Below, one piece after another: positions 30,727 through 41,062 of a DNA stretch of 64,000 bases (position 1 is the stretch's first letter; each line of letters starts with the position of its first letter). The stretch is from an uncultured Clostridium sp. (GTDB lineage Bacteria > Bacillota > Clostridia > Clostridiales > Clostridiaceae): assembly GCA_964588775.1 (NCBI GenBank), contig CAZPRO010000001.1:113-64112 (forward strand), read 5' to 3'. The position numbers and the translations under genes are program-made. The notes under the pieces were generated by a model. It was not told the DNA's origin and did not search any database. It was given only the letters and a program-made list of their open reading frames with translations.

Positions 30727-31335
30727 TTATTTAAATATTTTATCTCCAAATATAACAAAATTCTGAAGAATCAAAAAACATTTTATATCTATTTTTTTAT
30801 TACTTCTTAGTATTTCTTCTGCTTCCTTTCTATCTATAAGCATAGGTTCTATACATTCATCATCTTCCAAATGTTCTGTATTTATGTTTCCTTCACATAT
30901 GCAATATATAAAACTCACTGACTCATCTGTCATTCCAGGTGATAAATATAATTTTTCTCCACTTTTATCTTCTAATATAGATACAAGTTTAAGTCCAGTT
31001 TCTTCCATAAGTTCTCTTTTTACTGAATCCTTAGCACTTTCTCCCTCATCAATAAGGCCTGCTGGCAATTCATATATAAAATCATTAGCCGGAATTCTAA
31101 ACTGCTTTATAATAACCAGTTTTTCTAAATCTTTATGAAAAGCTGCAATTACAACAGCATCATCCTTACCTTCCTTATTATTATAAAATATATCTTTTAT
31201 TTCTTCTTCTTTTTTTCTAGTAGCAATCATCCATGTTCTCTTGCATCCTTTTTTATTTTCATAGTCTGCCTTATAGAAACTCAAAAATTTAGTTTTATTT
31301 AATGGCTCAATATTTGTTATTTTATTTCTAATCAT
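30727..31335 (-). CDS. NUDIX hydrolase (ADP-ribose pyrophosphatase-like)
   Basis: Nudix box GLIDEGESAKDSVKRELMEETGL. Start moved to MIRNKIT (GAAGGGG upstream). Confidence 0.8.
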   Translation of the reverse strand: MIRNKITNIEPLNKTKFLSFYKADYENKKGCKRTWMIATRKKEEEIKDIFYNNKEGKDDAVVIAAFHKDLEKLVIIKQFRIPANDFIYELPAGLIDEGESAKDSVKRELMEETGLKLVSILEDKSGEKLYLSPGMTDESVSFIYCICEGNINTEHLEDDECIEPMLIDRKEAEEILRSNKKIDIKCFLILQNFVIFGDKIFK

Positions 31336-31636
31336 AAATACTGCCCCTTCCATAATAAAGTTTACAATCAATTAAATAACCCATATAAACCTGTTCATTT
31401 TCTATATTTTACAAAATCATTTAATTCTATTTTTTCTATTAATATCTAAAAATTCTTCTATCCCATATCTATTATATCATGAATAAATTATGAAAAACAA
31501 AAAAAATAAGGGTCTGCCGCATAAAGATAAAATGCTGAATATTCATCTGCTTAATTTTAATAAACAGCCATTTAATATTCCATCTTTTAATAAAATGCAA
31601 CAGCCTTTTATTTTTTAATTTACAAATATAATATTT

Positions 31637-32137
31637 TTAACCTTCACATAAAATTTTCTTATATTTTCCTGATAAAATTTTCATAACTGGAACTCCAATA
31701 ATTGTTACTACTACCAGTTCTCCTGCTGCTACTTCCATAATAGATAGTATAAGTGGAAGATTATATAAAATTTTAAGCATAATTCCCACTATTAATCCAT
31801 TAAATACAGCAGGCCATATTGATGCAATTAATAAGGATTTGGTTTCCTCTTTTATAACTTTTTTAGTTAAAGTTATGGCATATACACTAAAAAATGTAGC
31901 CAATGTTCCAAAAATAACATCTGCAATTCCATTAGGTCCTAAAACATTTGCAATAAAGCAACCAAGAGTAAGACCACCAATGTAAAACGGATCAAAAAAA
32001 GCTAAAAGCACCATAATTTCTGATACTCTAAATTGAACTGCACCATAACTTATTGGTGCCAGTCCCAAAGTAATAGCAGCATAAAGAGCTGCAATAATAG
32101 CGGTTCTTACAAGTCTGTTTGTTGTTTTCTTATTCAT
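31637..32137 (-). CDS. queT: QueT-family queuosine-precursor transporter (ECF S-component-like)
   Basis: 166 aa, about 5 TM segments. N-terminal LVRTAIIAALYAAITLGLAPISYGAVQFRVSE resembles the QueT family signature. Confidence 0.65.
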   Translation of the reverse strand: MNKKTTNRLVRTAIIAALYAAITLGLAPISYGAVQFRVSEIMVLLAFFDPFYIGGLTLGCFIANVLGPNGIADVIFGTLATFFSVYAITLTKKVIKEETKSLLIASIWPAVFNGLIVGIMLKILYNLPLILSIMEVAAGELVVVTIIGVPVMKILSGKYKKILCEG

Positions 32138-32260
32138 TTTTATTCCCTCCAGATTTCATACTAAAAGCTCCTGCATAAAACCACCATATATTAGTATTTC
32201 TACTTGTTTGTTTTTTAAAAAAAGTGGCAGTTATGTATAACCACCACGACAAATAAACAT
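32138..32260 (-). promoter_or_regulatory. structured queT leader; possible preQ1-type riboswitch (unconfirmed)
   Basis: On the minus strand: GTGG-TTATACATAACTG-CCAC stem-loop followed by T7-A6-CAAACAAG (32203-32247). A second GGTGGTT motif lies upstream of SD GGAGGG. See the corresponding finding. Confidence 0.25.
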
Positions 32261-32467
32261 AAAAATAATTAAATTTTTATATAAAATTAACCGTAGTTTT
32301 GTTTTAAGTTCATTAAATCAAAGTAATGCATTTTTTAATAAACTTAGTCAGGAGGCTTTCGAACTGACTTATTAAATTTCTTAATTATTATATCAAATAT
32401 ATTTTTTTCTTCAAGTATTTTTAGAATTTTTTCAAATCAATTGCAATTAATTTCTTATTAATTAAAC

Positions 32468-34177
32468 TTATAACTTAAATTTTCCAGAATTATGGTTAAG
32501 TTCAGAAGATAATTCCACAAGCTTTTGTACAGACTTTGCACATTCAGATATTATTTCATTTACTTCATTCATTGTTGCTGATGTTTCTTCTGTACTTGCT
32601 GCATTTTCCTGAGCTGTAGCTGCCAAACTTTCAACATTATCTAATACCTTGTTTTTTAACTGTGTCAAATTATTAATCTGTTGAACTATTACATTAATTT
32701 CTGATACTACTGTATCTATTTCATGCTTCAGGTCTTTAAACACATTTTTTGCAGTCTCAAGCTTATGATTCTGCTCATTAATAATGTTTTCAACATTATG
32801 CATTGTATCAACACTGCTGTTAGAATCCTGTATAAGTTTTTCAACCACTTTGTCAATTTGATCAGCTGAACTTTGAGACTGTTCTGCAAGAACTCTTATT
32901 TGTTCTGCAACAACTGCAAATCCTTTTCCAGCTTCCCCTGCTCTGGCAGCTTCAATGCTTGCATTAAGAGATAAAAGATTTGTTTGATTTGCTATATTGG
33001 ATATTAAATTAGAAGCAATTTTTATTTCATTAGCAGAATCATTTGTAACACTTGTTTGCTTATTAACAACATCTACACTATCTTTTGTCTTTTTGCTTAT
33101 ATTTTCCAATTCATTAATTGTAAAATAAACTGTATCATTACATTTGCTCATATTTTCAGAACTCTTAAATAGAGATTCTACACTTTTAGTTGTATTATCT
33201 ATTACTTTTCCTATATTTATAATCTGTTCATTTGCACTTTGACTTTCATTAGCCTGAACTGAAGCACTATTTGCTATTTCATTAACAGCAGTATCAATGT
33301 TATTTATGGATTCTGTAGCATCATTAAAAGACCTGCTATATTCATCTGCAAACTGCTTTAATTCATCTGATACATTAACAACACTTAATACTGTTTCTCT
33401 AAGAGATAAAACCAAGTTTTTACTGGCCCTTAAAATATCTCCTATTTCATCATTTCTATGTTCTAATTTACCCATTTCTTTTTGTACTATATTTCCCTTT
33501 GATACTTCATCTATCTGTACTTTTGCATTTTTAATGGCTGAAACAACAGCCCTGACAGCAGCATACATAACAATTATGCAAAGCATTACAACTATAACAG
33601 TCCATGCCACACTTTCAAATACAGTCTTATTTAACCTTACATTAACATCTTCCTTGTTTTTACCTACAAAAACCATTCCTACAATTTCATTGCTATTTTC
33701 TTGCTTTAGTGGAATATAGCTTGCACAGCAGTCAACATCTGCTATTTTTATATTTTTTGTATAATACTTTTCACCTTTATTTAACACCTTTTCAATTACT
33801 TTATCATCAGCTTTTGTTCCTACAATTCTATTTCCATCACTATCCTTAATGCTTGTTAGTACACGGGTATCACCACAAAAAACTGTAACATAAAGTCCTG
33901 TCTCTTCCATAAGCCTGTCCACATAATCTGAATGATTGTTAATAATGTAATCACCTTTTCTAAAATCATTTCCTACCATCATATATTTATCCTGGTTTAT
34001 AGCAGAAAAATTTTCAATAACATTGTATCCAACAGAATTTAATTGCTCTTCTAAAAGCTGATTGGTTATTTCCATCTCACTTTTTATACTTCCCACAGTT
34101 AACACTATGCCTAAGAATATCATTGGTGCAATTACAAGAAACATCATTTTAGCCATAAATTTCACTCGCATTTTCAT
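32468..34177 (-). CDS. methyl-accepting chemotaxis protein
   Basis: N-terminal TM segment, periplasmic Cache-like sensor, second TM segment and HAMP domain. Highly conserved signalling hairpin [34 protein letters not shown]. Confidence 0.9.
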   Translation of the reverse strand: MKMRVKFMAKMMFLVIAPMIFLGIVLTVGSIKSEMEITNQLLEEQLNSVGYNVIENFSAINQDKYMMVGNDFRKGDYIINNHSDYVDRLMEETGLYVTVFCGDTRVLTSIKDSDGNRIVGTKADDKVIEKVLNKGEKYYTKNIKIADVDCCASYIPLKQENSNEIVGMVFVGKNKEDVNVRLNKTVFESVAWTVIVVMLCIIVMYAAVRAVVSAIKNAKVQIDEVSKGNIVQKEMGKLEHRNDEIGDILRASKNLVLSLRETVLSVVNVSDELKQFADEYSRSFNDATESINNIDTAVNEIANSASVQANESQSANEQIINIGKVIDNTTKSVESLFKSSENMSKCNDTVYFTINELENISKKTKDSVDVVNKQTSVTNDSANEIKIASNLISNIANQTNLLSLNASIEAARAGEAGKGFAVVAEQIRVLAEQSQSSADQIDKVVEKLIQDSNSSVDTMHNVENIINEQNHKLETAKNVFKDLKHEIDTVVSEINVIVQQINNLTQLKNKVLDNVESLAATAQENAASTEETSATMNEVNEIISECAKSVQKLVELSSELNHNSGKFKL

Positions 34178-34455
34178 ATAAACCCTACTTTCTAATTATA
34201 TCTTTATTTAAAGCAATGAATATTTTATTAGGAAATTTTGAATAGGCTTATTGCCCTAAAGCATTTTTCAATTCAGCAATAATAATAATTATTATTATTA
34301 CAATTATACACTATTTATCCTTATACTGCAATTATTATTATGGATTTCAGTTCCACATCATATAGAAATAATAGGCCTTGTAACTTCAATCTGATTTCCT
34401 TCACAATCTATAAACTCCAATACTTTATTACATCCTATTACTGTTAGAGAAAAAA

Positions 34456-35355
34456 TCACCTTTTTTTGCAATACTTCAAAAATCCATCTTCTATAACAAG
34501 GTCTAACTTATTAGTTTCACTTAAATATTCTACATATGAGCGAAGCATTCTTTCTATTGTATAATATTTATATTCTGTATTAACTGGAATTTTGAATTCC
34601 TTTATTACCTTCCTTAATATTTCTTCCATTGTAAGTCTTTCATTAATGACTTCCCATATTTTTTCTCCACGTTTCTTATAAAATTTAATATTATCAGTTA
34701 TTAAATTTTCTATTTCATCTATACCATAAATTCCTTTATGTGCTGATACATATATACTGCTTTTTAATTCATAAAGTTTTTCCTTACTTGCTAAATCTTC
34801 ACTTAAAACAAAAGCATAGGGCATTTTTGCACCTTCCATAACACTTCTGCTTATTAATGAATCTCCTAAGTAAGCCACATCATCTGGAGTTATAATGCAT
34901 ATATGGGCTGGTGTATGACCTGGAGTATGAAAAATTTTAAATTTTATTCCACACACATATATACTTTTACAATTGGGTTCTATCATAATATCTGTTTCAC
35001 AAACCATGTGTCCAAAATGTTTTATTACATCTGTAAGACTTTGAGTTCCATAAAATGCCTTTAAATTAATGGGACTGCTGCATATAAGGGCTTCATAGGA
35101 AGGCATAGCTATAACTGCCCCATATTTATCTTTTATATGTGAACAATTTCCTATATGATCAATATGAGCATGGCTTACAATTATACCTTCCACTTTAAAA
35201 TTATTTTCTTCCAATATTCTGTCTATTCCTTCTCTTTCCTTTATCCATCCGCAATCAAGCATTATTATTTCCCTATCATTAATTTTATAAAAGGGTATAT
35301 ATGTCATTCCAGTATCTATTGCAAAGGTATTTCCTTTTATCTTCCTTAGTTTCAT
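34456..35355 (-). CDS. MBL-fold metallo-hydrolase
   Basis: HxHxDH motif SHAHIDHIGN plus downstream His/Asp ligands (HTPGHTPAH). Confidence 0.8.
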   Translation of the reverse strand: MKLRKIKGNTFAIDTGMTYIPFYKINDREIIMLDCGWIKEREGIDRILEENNFKVEGIIVSHAHIDHIGNCSHIKDKYGAVIAMPSYEALICSSPINLKAFYGTQSLTDVIKHFGHMVCETDIMIEPNCKSIYVCGIKFKIFHTPGHTPAHICIITPDDVAYLGDSLISRSVMEGAKMPYAFVLSEDLASKEKLYELKSSIYVSAHKGIYGIDEIENLITDNIKFYKKRGEKIWEVINERLTMEEILRKVIKEFKIPVNTEYKYYTIERMLRSYVEYLSETNKLDLVIEDGFLKYCKKR

Positions 35356-35541
35356 AATTTTATATTAGTCCTTTCCTGCATAAGCATATATTTTTTTATT
35401 TAATACAAATTTCATTATACACTTAATTTTATATTATATGGAGCTGTGTCATTAAACATTACAGCCACTATATCTAGCATTATTATAAAATTACAATACT
35501 AGATGTACTATAATTTAACCTTTATACAACAGCCCCATCAA

Positions 35542-36516
35542 TTACATATATACTTTAGAATTAAAGCCTCTATTACTGTCCTTTTCTATGTTTAATACAG
35601 AAAATAATTCTTCTGTTATTTTTTCATATTCCCTGCATTTCTGAACTTTTCTAATCCTTTTAGCATATTTGCTGCTATCTGCAAATATATGTATCATATA
35701 AAACCAGAATTCTTTCATCTTAAATAATGAATTCTGGTTTTCCCCAAAGATTTCTTTATACCCCAAATAAATATCATTATGAAACTGTTCTAGCTTTTCT
35801 TTAGTAACTACACAGCCATTTTTTATTTCATCTAATAATCCCGGATTACCTAACAGGCCTCTTCCAAACATTATCCTTTGAAGAGGTTTAATTTCTTCTA
35901 TAATACTATTATACTGGTTCTTATTAAAAATATCTCCATTATAACAAACAGGATTTTTGCTATTTTCTATTCCATATTTAAACATCTTCATATTAGGAAC
36001 ATTTTTATAAAAATCTTTTTGAATACGGGGATGAATAATTAACTCTTCTAAAGGATATTTATTATAAATATCTAATATTTCATAAAATTCATCAGCACTA
36101 TCCTTTCCTATTCTTGTTTTTATAGAAATCTTTATTTCTATTCTGCTGAATATATGTTCTAAAAATTCATCTAATTCCTTCTTTTTAACAAGAAACCCTG
36201 AACCTTTATACTTAGATACAACAGTACCAGACGGACATCCAAGATTAAGGTTAATTTCTGTATATCCCATTTTCTTCAATTCATTTGCTGTAGAAATAAA
36301 ATATTCTGCATTATTGGTAAGTATTTGTGGTACTGCTTTTATATTTTTATTATGTTCTGGCAGAACATCATTTAATTCTCTTTTTGTAAATTCCCCATGC
36401 ACTGTGGGTGAAATAAAAGGCAGAAAATATTTATCCATACTGCCAAAATATTTTTCAAAGGCATTTCTATAAATATATCCAGTGATTCCTTCTAATGGTG
36501 CAAAGTAATATTTCAT
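35542..36516 (-). CDS. tRNA-dihydrouridine synthase family protein
   Basis: N-terminal APLEGITG, NLNLGCPSGTV (GCP motif) and TIM-barrel length. 324 aa. Confidence 0.75.
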   Translation of the reverse strand: MKYYFAPLEGITGYIYRNAFEKYFGSMDKYFLPFISPTVHGEFTKRELNDVLPEHNKNIKAVPQILTNNAEYFISTANELKKMGYTEINLNLGCPSGTVVSKYKGSGFLVKKKELDEFLEHIFSRIEIKISIKTRIGKDSADEFYEILDIYNKYPLEELIIHPRIQKDFYKNVPNMKMFKYGIENSKNPVCYNGDIFNKNQYNSIIEEIKPLQRIMFGRGLLGNPGLLDEIKNGCVVTKEKLEQFHNDIYLGYKEIFGENQNSLFKMKEFWFYMIHIFADSSKYAKRIRKVQKCREYEKITEELFSVLNIEKDSNRGFNSKVYM

Positions 36517-36592
36517 AAAACAAAAAACTCCTTAATTTATCTGCTATTTACATTCAAATCCTATTCTACCTATAAAACATGATTTTGTACAG

Positions 36593-36632
36593 AAAAATGA
36601 GAAAGAAAACTTTTAACCATTTCCCTTCTCAT
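36593..36632 (-). terminator. rho-independent terminator after the carD-family gene
   Basis: On the minus-strand RNA, AUGAGAAGGGAAA pairs with UUUUCUUUCUCAU (13 bp including 2 G-U pairs), followed by UUUU. Confidence 0.6.
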
Positions 36633-36640
36633 CTTTATTT

Positions 36641-37138
36641 TTACTTAATAATGCTATTTTTTATATATTTATTTACCATATCTTTAGGAATATTCAAAGC
36701 TACTGCAAATTCATTATCTATATATTCTTTTGCTTTCTTTAAATACCTGTCATCCATAATTGACAATTTCTTACCTTCTGCAGCACAAATTTTCTTTCTT
36801 TCCAAAATAATTTTTATTAATCGCAAAAAATCACTACAGCTAAATTTACTGTACATTTCTTTAAATTTTACTTCTCTTTCCTTATTATCTTGTATCCATT
36901 CCACATTAAGCTTATTAATTCCCCTAATAAGTTTATCAACTTCTTCTTTGCTTATTATTTTTCTCATTACTACTTTATCATTATCAACTGGTGTAAAAAT
37001 CTTACCATTCTCATAAAGAGGTTCTAAAGTATAATATTCTTTTTTTTCGCCGCTTCTGTATAAATTTGGTATTCCAATATCAACTACTTTGCATACGCCA
37101 TTACCTCCATAAATAATATAATCATTAATTTTAAACAT
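36641..37138 (-). CDS. CarD/CdnL-family transcriptional regulator
   Basis: N-terminal Tudor-like FKINDYIIYGGNGVCKVVDIG. Start moved to MFKINDY (GGAGGA 6 nt upstream of ATG 37136-37138). Confidence 0.75.
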   Translation of the reverse strand: MFKINDYIIYGGNGVCKVVDIGIPNLYRSGEKKEYYTLEPLYENGKIFTPVDNDKVVMRKIISKEEVDKLIRGINKLNVEWIQDNKEREVKFKEMYSKFSCSDFLRLIKIILERKKICAAEGKKLSIMDDRYLKKAKEYIDNEFAVALNIPKDMVNKYIKNSIIK

Positions 37139-37259
37139 ATGTTTTCCTCCATATATCCATCTTTGTGTTTTTAACAACTATACAAAAACAAGCTGTAATG
37201 TTCTGTATGAGCCTATATTTACATTTTACCAACAAAAAAAATTTTTTGTAAGTTAAATT

Positions 37260-39020
37260 TTATTCTATATTTCTAAATACACCTAAAAGATCCAGTATTC
37301 CATACCCCCATTGAGGATTTGGATATACATCATTGGGTCTTTTAATTGTTCCTCTAAGAATATAGGTCTTTAAGGTTTCAGAATATAAATAGGGCTCATT
37401 CTTTTCAACAATTGCCCACTGCATTAAAATTGCTGCTGCTCCTGCCACTACTGCACTGGCTGCTCCTGTACCATTAATTACAACTTCTGCTTCCTTTGTT
37501 CCTATAGATTTTACATCTACTCCTCCACATGCTACATCAATTTGGTTAAATTCTGAATCAAAAAAATACATGCCGCTTGTGGGCTCTATACTAAAATTAT
37601 TCTGATTGTATGCTGCAACTGTAATACTATATCTTCCTGGTCCCGGATTTGTCATAGTTCCATAATTATCAGGAGTGCTGAATCTTGTTCCATTTAAAAG
37701 CAGATCTTTTTGAAGCATCCACATATTAAATGCACCATTAACTATATATTCACCATGTACACGACATTTCCATATGCCAGGCTGCAATTTGGAAAATTCT
37801 ATAGAAATCAATTCATCTCCCGTTAAATCATCAGGAAGATAGTATCTAACAATACCATAACTTCCTTCAAAAATAAATTTTTCAGTTTCAATTTTTTTCA
37901 TCTGTGCAGGTATAATTCCAGTACTTTCACCTGATGGAGAAAAAAGTTCAATAGACATGGTATCAGGATTATCTGCCCATAATTCCATTCTTAAATAATT
38001 CTGTTCTTGTGAAACATAGAATTCCACATCTCTAAACTGACCAGCACTATTAATGTATCCTGAAACATGGTTTGAAGCTTCTCCCTCATTTCCTGTTCCC
38101 GTAATAACTGTTATACCAATATTAAAGCATATTTCATCTATAAAATTTTCTAATATACCATTTAACCTATGATTTCCTAAAGTAGTTCCTAAGGGCAGAT
38201 AAATAACCATTGGAACATTATTTTTTATGGCATAATCATATAAGTATTGAAGTGCAGTCATAATAGATGCCATGTCATATACAGGAACTCTGCCCTTTAA
38301 ATTTTCTTCTATTACAAGGGCACGTACCAGCTTTACAACTACAAAACTACATTCAGGTGCTGCACTTATTACTCCCCTATTATTAACCCCTGCTCCTATT
38401 AAGGATGCCATTGCTGTTCCATTACCAAGGTCATCTACTGAAGAAACTATGTTATAGGGATTACCTCCATTTTTAAACTCGTTTATGGCATTATTTATCT
38501 GTTCATTGGTAAATTCCTTTCCAAAAGGTACATTGGATTGACCATTTTCAGTTATGGTCTGATCCCACAGACTTAAGATTCTGCTCCTATTGTCTTCATA
38601 CATAAATTCTTCATTTAAATAATCAATTCCTGTACCTATAAGACCAACTACAACATTCTTTCCTTTTAGCTTCATAGGAGCCATCTTTTGAATAATATCT
38701 ATATTAGAAGCTGAAACTGGACTTATACTTTCAATATTCTGTATACTGTCTTTTACAATTCCCTGAAGTGTATATAAATAATATCTGCTTACATATACAA
38801 TAGATGGAAATATATTGTTTCTATTATTGAAATTACTTTCATTAATACTATTATATTTAAATGTAACAATTGCATATTTTTCATTTATTACTGTCAAATA
38901 GTACTCCTTGCTTAAGACAGAGGCATCTTTTTCTATACTCCCCTGGTATTCAACAACATAACTTATATATGATGGGCTATTAAAAACATGGGATGGGGCA
39001 TTATTAAATCTTGAATACAA
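37260..39020 (-). CDS. Csp-type (germination-specific) subtilase homologue, catalytically dead pseudoprotease
   Basis: S8 subtilase scaffold with a Csp-like prodomain (YVVEYQGSI). Triad positions read GTGIDY (Asp to Gly), GNGT (His to Asn) and NGTGAASAVVAGA (Ser to Gly). The oxyanion Asn in GTGNEG is kept. Confidence 0.75.
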   Translation of the reverse strand: MYSRFNNAPSHVFNSPSYISYVVEYQGSIEKDASVLSKEYYLTVINEKYAIVTFKYNSINESNFNNRNNIFPSIVYVSRYYLYTLQGIVKDSIQNIESISPVSASNIDIIQKMAPMKLKGKNVVVGLIGTGIDYLNEEFMYEDNRSRILSLWDQTITENGQSNVPFGKEFTNEQINNAINEFKNGGNPYNIVSSVDDLGNGTAMASLIGAGVNNRGVISAAPECSFVVVKLVRALVIEENLKGRVPVYDMASIMTALQYLYDYAIKNNVPMVIYLPLGTTLGNHRLNGILENFIDEICFNIGITVITGTGNEGEASNHVSGYINSAGQFRDVEFYVSQEQNYLRMELWADNPDTMSIELFSPSGESTGIIPAQMKKIETEKFIFEGSYGIVRYYLPDDLTGDELISIEFSKLQPGIWKCRVHGEYIVNGAFNMWMLQKDLLLNGTRFSTPDNYGTMTNPGPGRYSITVAAYNQNNFSIEPTSGMYFFDSEFNQIDVACGGVDVKSIGTKEAEVVINGTGAASAVVAGAAAILMQWAIVEKNEPYLYSETLKTYILRGTIKRPNDVYPNPQWGYGILDLLGVFRNIE

Positions 39021-40839
39021 AATTCTTCACCACCATTTCTTCAGGAATTCTGAAAAATAATTTTCCACGAGAATACTCTTTAAATTTGTCATGTCTTGAA
39101 TATATTCCTGCTATATTATTAAATACCCCTGTAAAATCAAATTTTCCATACCCTAGTGATTTATCTGGGTATTTAATGTTATCACTTCTGTCAGCCCCTG
39201 CTGTAAGATAACTTATAATTTTTGCTGAATACATCTCCCTATCATTTCCATCAACAATTCCCCATTGCACCAGCAGAGCACATGCTCCTGCAACTATAGA
39301 AGCCGCTGCTGTTGAACCGCTGACCGAAACCTTTGTATCATTAGGTCCTACTGCATTTATATCTACTCCTGGTGCTGCTATATTCGGTTTAATAATCCTA
39401 TAAAGAGGAAATCCTCTTCCTGATTCAGCCATAACAGCATTTGTTATCTGATTATAATAAGCCACAGATATTACATTCTTAGTTCCCCCTGATGCTGTTA
39501 AGGTCTGGTCTGGATAGGGTTCAGTAAATACTGTATCAGGAGGTAGTATTTTATGGGGAGGCAGCCATATATCAAATCTTCCATCAACAATATATACTCC
39601 CTTTAAATTAAACTTCCATATACCCTTTTTTATATTTTTGAAATAAATGGTAATAACCTGATTACCAGTAATACTATCCGATACTTCATTTCGTACATTC
39701 AACTGAGTATTTTCATAAATAAACTTAAAATCCGTTCTTGAATCCTTAGGCTGTATAAAATTTGTATCCTGCCCTGAAGGAGATATGATAGATAATGCCA
39801 TTTTGTTAGGTTTACGCACCCATATTCTAAAATACAATTCATTCATATCACGAGGTATATTTAATTCCCTTGTCACCACTTCACCTGCATTATTCATAAA
39901 GCCTGCTGCATGACCAGCTGCTGCTCCTTCATTTCCACAGCCGCTTATAAACACAAGGCCTCTTATAGATGCTATTTCATCAACATATCTTGAAAACAAA
40001 TCACTACCATCATGACTGTAATCTGTTGCACCTACAGCATTTACTATTATCATAGGTTTATTTCGATATAGTGCATAACTCTTTAAATACTCAAATCCTT
40101 CTACTATAGTTGAATAATCATAAACTGAAATTCCAGTGATTTGATTTTGAGCAAGTACTTTTTTAAAAAATTCTGATTCTTTCAGCTTAATAATAACATA
40201 ACTGCAGTCATTGGCTATTCCCTTAAAATTCTCATCATATCCTCTTGCTCCAACAATACTTGCAATATTTGTTCCATGACCAACCTCATCCTTTGATGGA
40301 ACAATACTATAAGGATCTCCTCCCTGTCTTGCAAGTTTTATGGCAGCATTAATTTGATCTTCAAAAAATACTTTTCCACTGGCAACTCTATTGTATTCAA
40401 TGGGTTCACTCATATTCTGCCAGTTAAAATGATTCAGACTCTGATCCCATATTGCTTCAATTCTTGTGGTATCATCTTCTCTTATAAATTCTCTATTCAT
40501 ATAATCTATGCCTGTATCTACAATCCCTACAAGAACTCCTGACCCAGTCAAATTTAAATAAGGATTTTCTTTAATGGGTCTTATATTGCTCACATTATTT
40601 GCTGAAGTTCCTTCTAGAACAAATACACTTATATAACTTATAAATAGAATGGCTGGTATCCTATCCTTTACATCATTAATTATATCTCCAACAGCAGAAA
40701 TAACTGCATATTTTCTATTTATAATAGATGCATATATATTAGGTATTTTTTTTACCTGACCAATTAAATCTCCTCTATATTCAACAAGATATTTATATAT
40801 GTCTGACGAATTTATAAGCTTTTGGGCATATTCAGTCAT
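39004..40839 (-). CDS. Csp-type (germination-specific) subtilase homologue with Thr at the nucleophile position
   Basis: Prodomain YLVEYRGDL, VDTGIDY (Asp), GHGT (His), GCGNEG (oxyanion Asn). The nucleophile motif reads SGSTAAASIVAGA, against the canonical SGTSxAxP. Overlaps the downstream csp-like gene by 17 nt. Confidence 0.75.
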   Translation of the reverse strand: MTEYAQKLINSSDIYKYLVEYRGDLIGQVKKIPNIYASIINRKYAVISAVGDIINDVKDRIPAILFISYISVFVLEGTSANNVSNIRPIKENPYLNLTGSGVLVGIVDTGIDYMNREFIREDDTTRIEAIWDQSLNHFNWQNMSEPIEYNRVASGKVFFEDQINAAIKLARQGGDPYSIVPSKDEVGHGTNIASIVGARGYDENFKGIANDCSYVIIKLKESEFFKKVLAQNQITGISVYDYSTIVEGFEYLKSYALYRNKPMIIVNAVGATDYSHDGSDLFSRYVDEIASIRGLVFISGCGNEGAAAGHAAGFMNNAGEVVTRELNIPRDMNELYFRIWVRKPNKMALSIISPSGQDTNFIQPKDSRTDFKFIYENTQLNVRNEVSDSITGNQVITIYFKNIKKGIWKFNLKGVYIVDGRFDIWLPPHKILPPDTVFTEPYPDQTLTASGGTKNVISVAYYNQITNAVMAESGRGFPLYRIIKPNIAAPGVDINAVGPNDTKVSVSGSTAAASIVAGACALLVQWGIVDGNDREMYSAKIISYLTAGADRSDNIKYPDKSLGYGKFDFTGVFNNIAGIYSRHDKFKEYSRGKLFFRIPEEMVVKNFVFKI

Positions 40840-41062
40840 ACTTTTTTAAATCCTTCAACATTATTATCATATCCATAATATGATATTCTAAAATTTCTGT
40901 TAAAAAAATAAAATCCAGCTCCCTGACTTGCCATTTTTATAAATATTACACAAGTTAATGATTCACCAAAAAACAAATTGAGCAATTTTATACAATATAT
41001 ATGTCCCAATCTATTTTATACTATGTACATAATATAAATTTAATAAAAAGGTGGTATTTATT

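Noticed and set aside
31536-31545. 10-bp palindrome TGAATATTCA downstream of queT and upstream of the NUDIX gene.
   Set aside because: It is short, AT-rich and present as a single copy, with no partner half-sites. That is insufficient to call an operator.
34356-34457. 33-codon minus-strand ORF (VIFSLTVIGCNKVLEFIDCEGNQIEVTRPIISI) whose GTG overlaps the TGA stop of the MBL hydrolase gene (GTGA).
   Set aside because: It has no SD and is short. It sits in a 278-nt AT-rich spacer where such ORFs arise by chance. Only conservation or ribosome-profiling data could rescue it.
36579-37016. 145-aa plus-strand ORF overlapping the carD-family gene.
   Set aside because: It is antisense to a recognisable CarD-like protein that has a strong SD and terminator. 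The translation is L/I/F/S-rich and low in complexity.
37232-37249. A8/T6 palindrome ACAAAAAAAATTTTTTGT after the csp-like genes.
   Set aside because: An A/T-only stem would be too unstable to act as an intrinsic terminator on its own. It may simply be a low-complexity tract.
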